Assembly (NCBI GenBank): GCA_002633005.1
Contig: NMRA01000054.1
Location: forward strand, 438,952 to 502,951
DNA from: Phoronis australis
Taxonomy: Eukaryota; Animalia; Phoronida
Reading direction: 5' to 3'
Length of the DNA: 64,000 nt
Position 1 is the first letter of the stretch. Every line of letters starts with the position of its first letter. The position numbers and the translations under genes were made by a program. Below, piece after piece: positions 12,519 through 24,500 of this stretch. A model generated the notes under the pieces. It saw nothing but the letters and a program-made list of their open reading frames with translations, was not told the DNA's origin and ran no database searches.

Positions 12519-15500
12519 GTAACACTGACTGTTCAGTGGATTTTTTTTTCAGCTATTAGATTTAAAATTTATTTTAATTTCTGGATATCGCATGAATTTG
12601 CTAGACTTCAGAACATGTGGTCCATGGGCCACTTTTGAAACTCATCTTTGTTAATAATAAGCGAGAACAAAATGCATAAAGCTAGGGTTGCTGTTGCTGA
12701 CATACAGGTGTGGTTAAATTGTTATTATCATCGTTATAATTGTTATTGTTCTTCCAACCCGGCAGGGAGGATATTCCTGGTTCGTGGAATACAGACCTAG
12801 ATGCTTTCCAGAAAATCATCGTGTTGCGATGTCTCCGTTCAGACAAGGTTACCAATGCGATGCAGGATTTTGTGGCCGCCAACTTGGGACAGAGGTTCAT
12901 TGAGCCACAGGTTTGTGGAGTGGAGACTGCTCATGTGCTGGCGCCATCTTTTGGTCTTCTGTTGTGCAGTTTCTATGATTATTAATACAGTCCCCAATGA
13001 AGGCTTACTAAATTGATTATTGAAGCTTTAAGCCTCTTAAACAATTAACTACAATCATAATGTGGTTGTTTATTTAAGTAGGATTGTGATCATTGTGACT
13101 ATTGTGTTGGTGTGGTTTGTCCTTGTTTTGTTTTGTTTTGTTTTGTTTTGTTTTGTTTTATTTTGACATAAGGCTTATTTACACTTCTTTCCATCTTTAT
13201 ACTATGTCGGGGAAATTTCATGTCTGAAATTTTTGTAATGTTGAATGCCTGAAATTTGTTTTTGTCTTTTCGTTAAGTTGAAGGTTTTGGAGACTCTGAA
13301 ACCACAGGCTTCAAATTTTGGTGTGACGACAAGAGTGGATGTACGATTTTAGGAACGTAGTTCACCGCAATGGCAGCATCATTTTCTTGTTCGTTTTTGG
13401 TCATGTCCCCGAGATGGACTTAAACTCCTGAACCCCCTTTGTAGATCTACCACAGTCTGAATAAAGTAGTCCTTTTTAAAGTGACTTCAAGTGGTAGGTA
13501 AATGGTAAACAGGCGGAGTGTTTGTGCAAGTGTTAAATGTTGTTTGTTTCTCTCACAGACGGCCGACCTGTCTCTAGTGTTCAAGGACTCGTCCACAACC
13601 ACGCCCCTTATCTTCGTTCTGTCGGTGGGTACTGACCCCGCTTCAGACCTCTACAAGTTTGCAGAGGAGATGCGCTTCTCTAAAAAGCTTAGTGCTATCT
13701 CCCTTGGCCAAGGCCAGGGCCCACGTGCTGAAGCCATGATGCGAAGTGCTATGGAGCGCGGCAAGTGGGTGTTCTTCCAGAATTGTCACTTGGCACCCAG
13801 CTGGATGCCAAGTCTGGAGCGACTCATCGAACAAATTGACCCAGATAAGGTGAGAGATGAATTCTTTTGGAACTAATTGAAACAGTTTGTAAATCTCATG
13901 GTACTATACAAGGTTTGTGAGAAATCTCAGGGGACAATGCTCTGAATATGTGTACAGAGATCTCAACCAAATTTGATTGCACAAGTTCCTCAAGTGCTTC
14001 CAATCAAAGCAGTTTGAAACAGGTTATCTGGAGTGTTTTTCCTTCTGTTCCTGTCTCGTGTCCCATACAGCCCATTATTTCATGCTCCTGCCATGGGTCA
14101 ATTACAGGTTCATCGTGACTTCCGCCTCTGGTTGACCAGCATGCCAAGCGCCAAGTTCCCTGTTTACATCCTACAGAACGGCTCCAAGATGACAGTAGAG
14201 CCACCTAAAGGCATCAAAGCAAATCTTCTTAAATCATACATCAGCCTGAATGATGACTATCTCAACTCTTGTGGTGATAAGGTTAGTTGGCCATATTTTG
14301 ATTGCTTTTGTTATCAATGGACGCGTCTGAGAGGATCCAGGAGAATGAATATGAGACACATGACATCTATGAGAATGTTAAAGCAACATTCTATTAACCC
14401 AACAGCAACTTTTGGTGTGTAAGAAACGCCGAGTTTTCAAAGACAAAACACAATTTCTTTCATTCAGGGCCATTTTGGGGTGTCACACGGAGCGAATCGT
14501 TAATTATGAATACAGCACAACAATCATTGGTAATTTCATGGTTGGATGGTCCCACAGAATTAGTAAAAAGGCAGTGAAGTCCCACTGCCATAAATCTCCA
14601 TCCAAATCACAGGAGTGAACTGTAGGTGGCGCTTAGCAGTCCCCACCAAGTACTTTGTTGCAAACTCTGGTAGTGAAACAAATTTCATTAAGCTGTCACT
14701 ATTTTGAATAATTAGGTACTTCAATTTTGACCATTTTAAGCTTATGCTTTCCTGTAGTAATTTGTTTGCCGAATATTAACTTTGAATTTTGCAATTTTTG
14801 TTCATACAATACAGGTGCAGCTTCTATACATTACTATTATTATTATTACGTTTTTACTTCTCATATTTCTGGCATTAAACTTTTTCGAGTCTTGCTGTTG
14901 TATAGCTAATATTCATAATTGCTCCTGTTTAAGTTACACATGTTTGATGTGGGATGGCTGAGTTTCGTCGTCTTGTGGTTGCCTAAACATAATCATTCTA
15001 GTCAGAAAAGCTGAATTTCTTAAAGCAAACCCCTTCTTTGTTCTGATCATTTTATTAATGATATCATGATATGTAACATGTTTCATCGTCGTTGGTGAGT
15101 GCCATTCAGATTTGTTAGCTGTCTAGTTCTGTTTCTTTCAGTCAATTTTAACTAAATGAATTTGACTTTTCTATATACCAGACATCTTTAAAAAACTTCT
15201 AACAATCAAGTTTGCAATGTTACCACCTTTACTCTACAGGTGTCAGTGTTCAAGCACTTGTTGTTGTCCCTATGTTTGTTCCACGGTGTCGCCCTTGAGA
15301 GGAGAAAGTACGGTGCGCTGGGCTTCAACATTCCTTACGAGTTCACAGATGGTGACATTCGCATCTGTATGAGTCAGTTGAAGATGTTCCTGATGGAATA
15401 TTCAACTATACCCTTCAAGGTGTGTATTCTTCAGCGAAGAGATGTGTTCATGACAATCTGAGAACAATCCCCAGGGTACCGCTGTTATCATTCAGGGTCA

Positions 15501-18500
15501 AGCCAATGTTTAATTCCTATCTCCTGCATTTCTAAATTTTTCACTTTTAATTGCCGTGTTACTTTTCCTTACTCATTAATCACAAACACTTGTTGGGCTT
15601 GTTGTGGCAAACAATACGTCGCCCATATTCTAAGGATGCTTTGTGTGACATTTTGGCCAAACACCAGTCCCAGCTTGCTTTGTGTGACATTTTGGCCAAA
15701 CACCAGTCCCAGCTTGCTTTGTGTGACATTTTGACCAAACACCAGTCCCAGCTTGCTTTGTGTGACATTTTGGCCAAACACCAGTCCCAGCTTGTTTTGT
15801 GTGACATTTTGGCTAAAAACCAGAGCATGTTGACAGTAGTTCCCATCATTACCTGTTAAAATGATCACTTTGTGGTGTGTGACGATGAACAGTATGTTGT
15901 CCTTGTCCCAGCTTGGATGGAGTGAATCTAGAAGTCCTGCCACGTGAGTTTTATCAACTATTCAATGCGCCATGAAGTGGAGACATTCTCACTGTTGTTG
16001 CATTTTCAGGTGTTGACGTACACAGCAGGTCACATCAACTATGGTGGCCGTGTCACAGATGATAATGACCGGCGTTGTCTGATGAGTGTCCTGTCTGGCT
16101 TCTACTCCGAAGCAGTGCTCAACGACGAACACCTTTACTCGCCATCAGGGGTCTATAGACAGATCAGCACAGAACTTGACCACAATGTGAGTGGCCTAAG
16201 ACATTGTTCGTTATTAACTGTGCTGTGTGTCCATATCAAGTCTTATGACTGCATTTATGTAAAGAACTTAAGCTCCTGATTGTTCAGTTTTTCTGCTTCT
16301 TCATCATAGCCAGAATGTGTCTTGGAAAGTTTTGCATTCTTTTGTTTTGTGGTAACTGTTACGAATATCCCCAGTAGTTTCTCTGTCCAGTATCAACATA
16401 GCACATTGTGAGAGTGGTCATTTTTCGAAGTCATTTCTTGCTATTGATGACTGCTATCTGACATTGTATACTCCCATTCCAATTTTATTTATAATATGTT
16501 GTTTTATTCGTTTTGTTTAAAGTCTTGATTTAATGCTTTTGTTTCTTTGTGCAGGGCTACATGGAGTACATTCGCAGCCTACCTATCAATGATACCCCAG
16601 AGATCTTTGGGCTCCATGACAACGCCAACATTACATTTGCCAACAATGAGACATTTGCCTTGCTGGATGGTTTGCTTCGGCTGCAGCCCAAAACTGCCTC
16701 TGCGGGGGGCAAATCTCGGGAAGAGGTCAGTGAGGTCATGGGTGGTGAATAGGAAATATAAAGAATTGATAACTTAGCCACATCATATGTTGAAACCTAA
16801 TCTCGGCGGATTGTCATAATATTGGGTTCATTTAAAGAGCGCTTTTTATGTAATATAACTATTAATTTAGGACATCCTGTGTCAAATGTATTGGTTTAAT
16901 TTTAGGATCCTCACAAAAAACAACTTATGTGATAAGATAAGTAAAAATTTCTATTTTTCTATACTTTTACAGTGGTGAGTAAAGAGCTGATAGGTGTAAT
17001 CCCTGGCGTAATGAAGAGCTACAATTTCATTTTATCTTGGTTTGAAGATGGCATTTTTGGCTGATCAATGTTGCACCCAATCAAACTTTAGTAATAGCTG
17101 GTAACAAATTTAACAAAATGCAAAAATGGGATCACTTAAAACAACTAAGTACAGCAATTTCCTTTTTAAACTCCTAATTTTGGCACCAAATGAATTATTT
17201 CATTCAGGTAATGGAAGAAACTGCACGTCATATCCTGGAGCAGGTTCCTAAGGTGATGGACATAGGCAAAGTACAAGAGAAGTATCCTGTTCTTTATGAA
17301 CAGTCAATGAACACCGTACTTATACAGGAAGTGATCAGGTAAGTGTAATGTGCATGTTGAACAGTAGGGATAGCTTGTGAGAAGCGGTTAATATCCTCAG
17401 GCCTTTGATGTTCCAGTAATGCAGTGTGCATAGTGAATGGTAAAAGTCTGTCCAGGGCAGCATTGCACCTTAAAGTATTTTCCTCTCTCCCTTATTTCTG
17501 ATTACTCTCTCTCCCTCCCTCCCCCCNCTCCCTCCCTTCCCCTCCCTCCCCCTCCCTCTCTCTTGACTATCTCCGTAATTTTTTAATGTTCATTAAAATT
17601 TCAGCTGCATGATAATGCATTGCACAAGCTTAGATGAAATTTTTGAGTTTATCTTGTAGGTATAACAAGTTGCTTGGCGTCATACAAAAGAGCCTGAACG
17701 ACCTTCTGAAAGCCTTGAAGGGATTGGTGGTGATGTCACAAGACCTGGAGGACATGGCCAACAGTCTGTATAACAATGCTGTGCCTGGCATGTGGGCTGG
17801 GAAGGTGTGTAGGGTTTGAAGGAGGCAGTGTATTTATAGTGTACTTGCCCTAATAGTATGCATGTTGCTGTTAGAAGTCAGTATTCCTTTTGAATTTTTA
17901 TGTATAGTCGTCAATAAAATGGTTGTTGTATTTTAAATGATAAGTTTCAGAGTATTTGGCAACATTTTTGTAATAATATTTTCACAGGTCTTAGATACAA
18001 ATGAAGCATATTTTTGCTCCACTTGATGTCATCCAAGAAATCAGTTTTTACGACAACTGAACCCCTGCGTGCTTTTTGTGTAAATGCTTGTTGAAAATGC
18101 CTCTGAGTCAGTACTGCCATCCACAAATTCCTCCTTGGAAACCTTTTGAGATTTTGGGTTGTGTTGACTCACTCTTTATGCCGGGGTTGCCATAAGGGAG
18201 GGGTAGAGGGAGAGCGGGTAGAGGGTGGGAACAATGGCTATGGGAATATTAAATATTATGATTACCATTATTTTAATGTAGTTACTAAATTTCTACTATT
18301 ATAATTCTTCAATTTGCAGCACAATGTGGAGGACATAGAGCGTTCATTTTGTCAAATTTCCCAACTTGAATTACTTTTCAGGAAATTTGGCTTTCTTTTA
18401 GCTTGATTTGTGTGATATAGCCACTACCAAAGAACATTTGGGTAAAATTTAGAGCATATGTGGCAATGCTGTGAGCATCTGAAAATAGAAAAATGATTAT

Positions 18501-21500
18501 CGTACCTATTATTTTTGTCACTAAATTGAAGAGTTTTGTCGTACCACTGTAGTTGCTATTGTTGTTGTTGTTGTAAAACTACTGACAAACGCATTTCACT
18601 GCAGGCATATCCATCACTGAAGCCACTGGCCTCGTGGATCACAGATTTGGTGGCACGTATTGCCTTCATTCAGGACTGGGTCGACCAGGGCATCCCCAAG
18701 GTCTACTGGATCTCGGGCTTCTTCTTCCCTCAGGCCTTCCTTACCGGCACTTTACAGAACTTTGCCCGTAAAAAAGTCATTTCCATCGACACCATCTCAT
18801 TTGGATTCCAGGTGAGTGTTTGTGTGCACCAGTGTAACTCCCTCTCTGGGACATTTTTGTGAGGAGTTAGTGAGTGTTATTTCTTATACAAAAGGTACAC
18901 TTAAAAGTTAATTGTGACCTTTTTTTGGTGTTGTCAGCTGGCAATTAGTATTTTGTCACAGACTTCTCTTCTTCAAATTTTGTATTAGCAATGGCACTGT
19001 GGTAAAATTTTGAATTTTGGACAAAAGTAATTTTCAAAAGTGATATTTTCTCATTTTTCAGTGGCTTCTAACTGTGTCCACAATTTCTTAGAATCATTGT
19101 CTTATGGTAGCTATGGTAAAGATATTTATAAATGGTATAGCATTTATTTGGTGCCACTTATCTTTCTTGAAAAATAATATTTCACTTGTCGGCCATTGTC
19201 CTAAATTGATGACATTTTACCATTATTAAGGGTTGCATGCTTGAAATCCTTTGATGCTCTGTCAATTTTCTTGTCTCCATGTGCTCGTGTATGGAATACA
19301 AAAAATAACAAAAATTTCAACTTCTACCCGATGTGGATGTATAATCATTGAAAACATGACAATAGTTAGTTACAGGGGTCCTGGATTTTGATAACCTGTT
19401 ATTCAGTGGAGAAAACTGGTTCTCAAAATGAGGCTCCTCTAAGTGACTATTATCCAAAAATCATATCTTTGTCACAGTATGTCTGAATAGATATTCAGAT
19501 ATCTTGCTATTCGTAGGAACTTAACGTCAGTGGTTTACTATAATCAGTTATAAATCTCGCCTATGTGCTGCATGTCTTTGGGTGACCTCTGCTAAGCTTG
19601 ATAATTCTAAAACCCATTGAAGTATATAGTTACTCACTTTATTTTTGCTCATGGTAGGTTTGATCTGTATTTTTTTATCACATGCTAAAGGGTAGGTTTG
19701 GGAATGTGTGATTGAAGAAGCTGACTTTGGAAACTTTGATTTGAACTTTTTGAGCCATTTCTTGCACATTGTTTTGTAGAATTAGAGTAAGTAAAATGTA
19801 AGTACTAAAATGCAATTAGGAAATATATGTTCATACAAAGATACACACATCCTCATTTAAATACCCTTGTTTAATTTGGACATAAACAAGTACTCAGATT
19901 TTAATTTTTTTATTTCAACCTTGTAGGTGATCAGAGCGTCCATGACTGAGCTCACCAAGGGTCCAGAAGATGGCTGCTACATCCGTGGCCTGTTCGTAGA
20001 GGGGGCAAGGTGGGACCTGACCAATAACGCTCTGACTGAGTCACGGCCAAAAGAGCTGTACACGGACATGAATGTCATCTGGCTAGTGCCCGAGTCGAAC
20101 CGCGTCAAACCCAAGACGGGTATCTACGACTGCCCTGTTTATAAGACTCTAACTCGTGCGGGTAAGAATACTTTGTTTCCTATTACGTATTCACTATAGA
20201 ACATGTTGTATCAAGACAACCATGCATGTGCAATGGCATGGTACATATTGGAAGAAATAAGTTTCTTACAATTTTTCTATTTCATCAACCATGAACAACT
20301 TGCACCCTGAAATCATTCTGTTTTCAGTTTTATGACTGTGCGCTTATAATAAACACTGAGAACAAATGTTTAAATAAAAGTTCCCTTATTCTAGAAATAG
20401 ACTTGATCACTCTATTGATACAGATAAGACTGGATAGAAAAATTCCGTGCTGTCCTTTTGCAGCCACCTTTTTCTGTTACATTTTTTCTGTCAGTTTTCC
20501 AAAATCATTCAAAGTCTTAGTCTGCCCACTTCATTCAATTTTTTTGTTGAAAACATTAACGTTTGGATTGGAATTTTGTGGCAAATTTTTTTTTTTTTGA
20601 AAATTATACTGCAGAATTGAATTTGCAGTATAGTGAATTATTGATTGCTATGTTCACCAATAGATGTCACCTTGGCAGCTATAATTTGATCTTTTTGTTA
20701 TTAAACCTGCAGTGTATTTGGTTAATGAAACAGGCTGCATATCACATGAACAAGACGTAAATGATCTCTGTGGAATAAATTGTGTCATCTCCCTTGACTT
20801 TATTGGTAGTGTTAGGTAGTTCAGGGAATTCAGCACATGGTTTCATTATCTAAAGAACAATAACATCAGCAGCCTGAGGCAATTTAGTGACAACAACAGC
20901 ATGGCGTCTTTGATCTGAACCGGCAAATTCTGTGGTGCGCAAACCGGTCGAGTTGACCAATCTTGACCGGTTAGGGTGTCAATGTAGCATTCTTTTCATG
21001 TTGTTTTATGACATTAATTATAAATAACAGATTATTTAATTTTAAAAATGTTGTTTTTCTTGAGTTTTTGTTGTTATGGTGTTGGATAGTATTACGAGAT
21101 GTCAAATTTCACAATAACGTTTAACTAAATGTGAGAAAACCAAACACAAGTGTAGATTTAGCAAGGTACCTAAACTACGTGGTTTACGGACGGCCAAACA
21201 AGGTGTCCGACGCAAAAACATGACTCGCGTACCTGCAAACACCTATGCCGTGAATAATACGTTTACACGAAAGACACGCAGTTGTAAAGAAATGCGTGAC
21301 TTTTCACCGCTCGTTCTTCAGAGCGGCTTTTACCAGGATCAAAGAGAGCGTGGTGCCAGAGTCGGACTCGGTTGCGATGACCGCATTGTCTGGTGCGAGC
21401 TAGACCCCATTAAGTGTAATTACCCAACCATAAACTATACAGTTAACATCTCTGCCTGCACATACTGGCAAATTTTCAAAATGTATTAACCAACTGTTTT

Positions 21501-24500
21501 CGTTAGAAACAAATACCACAGCTGTATTCAGATGGAAAAACAACCAAGTTTGGTTTTCGATTTTTAAAAATTGATGAACTATTATAAGCTAAAAACTACA
21601 AACATTGGGTACGATTAAAGATAAACGACTGTGCGTATTGATATAGTCGGTGATTTACAAACGCTGTTCAGAGTTAACAATATCACGTGGATTATTCTTT
21701 CAAGATACTACTAAGCTACATTGAAACATCTATGAACAACACGCAGTGACTAAATTAGATGTCAATAATTTTTAAAGCATCATTTATGGCCCAGTGCATT
21801 CCGAACTACTGTACTCCAGGGGTAGTACACTAACTATTCTTGGAAATGTGCCAATTTCGATAGTTAGCTTGTAATTGTAATGGAACGCCTGTGAAGACAA
21901 CTAAGATGGCAAGCTTTGTAGTCAACGAGAGAGTGCAAGCAGTGGATCTGGATGGTCCGTGGGCAAGAGCTGTGATTTCATTCATTTTTTATGACTGAGG
22001 AAAAGCTAGAATAGTTATGTAGTTACTGCAACCAGAATTGTCCAGAGGTTCCAAATCTTCAGTTTGGCTATCATTTGCATGTTTGTATATATTTTATGAT
22101 TTTAGTTCTAATAAAAATTAAAATTGAACTAATGGCACGTGTAGCTTTGTTTGCTGTGACATGTTTGGTGTAGCTGTAGTCTGGAAAATTCAAGGATGGG
22201 TTCACAATTAACTGACTTCTAAATTGTTTTGGTGTTTCGGTTAAACACAAAATAAAATGATAGCAACCCTAGCTGGTAAGAAAAAAGCAAGCAGACAGGA
22301 GTATTAAAATAAAGTAATGAAAACACGTATGAAACATATTTAAAACCAACGTTCCGTTGGGAAGTGACCCTTTGTCAAGATGAACGCAAATCAACTTTTT
22401 AGTCTTTTTGTAAAATTTAAAATGTACCAGCTTAAAACTGCTCTCCATATTGCAGGCTTTAGCTCTGTGCAAATGCCAGAGAAAAACAATTTGAGCGCAA
22501 TAATGACCACCATTGTTAAGAAAGTAGTGCTAGTGATTACCTTTCCACTTCATTAGCTCAGATCTACATCAATAAAAAGGGCGTGATGAATAGATGTGGT
22601 AAAAGTTGTCTGGGGATTAGGGACTCATAGGGGTAACCAGTGTAAGCGAGAAATTCTCCAAATGCTGTTCACTGACTCACATATACCGTATCACAAAACA
22701 CCATCCATTCACCCAAAATACACGGTCACGGATTCTCATTCACGTAGAAACACGGTACATGGACCACCAAACACGGTTGAGGGATAAAATGTAGAAGTCG
22801 GCTTCAACAGGTGTGTAATGGGTGCGAGATTAATATAATTTGGGTCATATTTTTGTCTGCAATGTGATGTAATTGTTGTGAATTAGAAACAATAAACATT
22901 ATTTAAACTGCTCATTTGTACTGAAATTTATTGATGTTGATGTTTGTGACCTGTTTACTATTAAGTTGATGGGCAGTAAAAAAGAACATTTGAAATGGAT
23001 TTTAGCATGACTTGAAATATTTGTCTTGTGAAAGTTAGCTCAAATTGTATTATTGTACTAAAACCAAGTTTTTTGTAGGCACAGGTGTTGCCAAATACAT
23101 GAAGATTGATCAATTCCGTTTCTGCTTAGTAATAATCACTATTTCGTGCTACGTACTCGGGAAGCCGATGGGTCTGTGACCGTGTATTCGGCATGCTTTA
23201 TCTGAGTGAACCGTGTATTCGGCATGCTTTATCTGAGTGAACAGTGTTCAGCGGTCCGTGTACCATGCTTCTATGTTAATATGAGTCCCTGGCCATGTAT
23301 TTTGGGTGAATGGAACGTGTTTTGTGAGTCCTATCCCGTGTATGTGAGTCTGTGAATGGTGTTTGCTGGTACGTGAGTCGTGTATTTGCATCCAGCACCA
23401 TGTATAGTAGTTCATTAACATGTAGTTTAGGTACCTTGTTTAAGGTGTAACTTAATTTGTGATGATAAACAGGAACTTCTCCTTAGATTATTCAATTTAA
23501 TCGAACTTATGCGGTAATCCCAAAAACATAAAATAATTGCCATCTGGTGAAATACAGCAGCGCAATCATGATTTTGAAATCAGTGTTCTTTTGCAAAGGA
23601 CTATTATGCATTTTTGTTATATTGTTTGAGGTATATAACTCGAAAATCGATGACTCCCTAATTTTTTTATTATTTCATTGAAAACTTGAGGTGCATCAAA
23701 ATAAAAGACTGGAGAAAAAAATTCAATGGTGTAACAGTTTGTGCAGAATCCAAAATGTTCAAATTTGAGGTACTCAAAATCCTGGAAAAAACATTTATCA
23801 GTCGTAAGAATATCTGAGTATACTGGGAAATGTAAAAAAGCCATTAAAACATAAAACTAACATTGTCCAACAAAATTAACCACTTTTCGAAAGGAAATCA
23901 ATCATAAATTTGATTAGGGATGATTTCTCAGTTCCAATGATAACTTAAAACTCTGTCGAACCCCATCGAGTAATGAAACCTTGCAATGGTTGCTTAAATA
24001 TGTTATACGACTTTGTATTCAGAGTTGAAGTCCTTCATTTGTGACAAACATTTTTCTTGCGGTTAGCCGCTGTCTTATTCTTAGTAATGACATGAAGTGA
24101 TATATTTATCCAACTGGGACAATATATACATAGAATCAATCAAAATAACATCCATTTTATTTCACTTAACTTTGTTACACTCTTCATCAGTAGAACATTA
24201 CATTTTATGTGCAACATTTAGGATCTTTAATGCATTAAAGCACCAGGACCATTTCTGTCATCAAGCCTTCGCTGTGTTGATGTGCCCATATTTTGAGAAC
24301 CAGTTTGATGGCAATTCATTCATTGAAGAAAACTGGTTCTCAAAGTGTAGACAAGTCATATCTGAATATTACCTTGATTGGGTCACAGTATTTGGACCAA
24401 GTAGATGTAGCTTACAATCTTGCCGTCGGCCATGATTTTAGTTGTGTTTATGAGAAGCGATTTCAGCAATTTTGGCAACTTGAGGAATGTTTAATTGAAT

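Larger units (their letters stand above)
21162..23438. mobile_element. Non-autonomous TIR DNA transposon (about 2.3 kb, unclassified) with subterminal repeats and a Tudor-like ORF fragment
   Basis: Termini CAAGGTACCTAAACTAC / GTAGTTTAGGTACCTTG (17 bp perfect, about 80 bp imperfect); flanks TTTAG/TTTAA. Confidence 0.8.

Noticed and set aside
15638-15823. CRISPR-like array
   Set aside because: Head-to-tail repeats without unique spacers, inside a eukaryotic intron; no cas genes.
15551-15943. Repetitive ORFs on both strands
   Set aside because: Artefact of the 39-bp minisatellite; the flanking DNAH1 exons join in frame without them.
17824-17849. AGGCAGTGTATT resembling the miR-34/449 5' end in a ciliary gene intron
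   Set aside because: Similarity stops after about 12 nt and the local hairpin is only about 26 nt, too short for a pre-miRNA.
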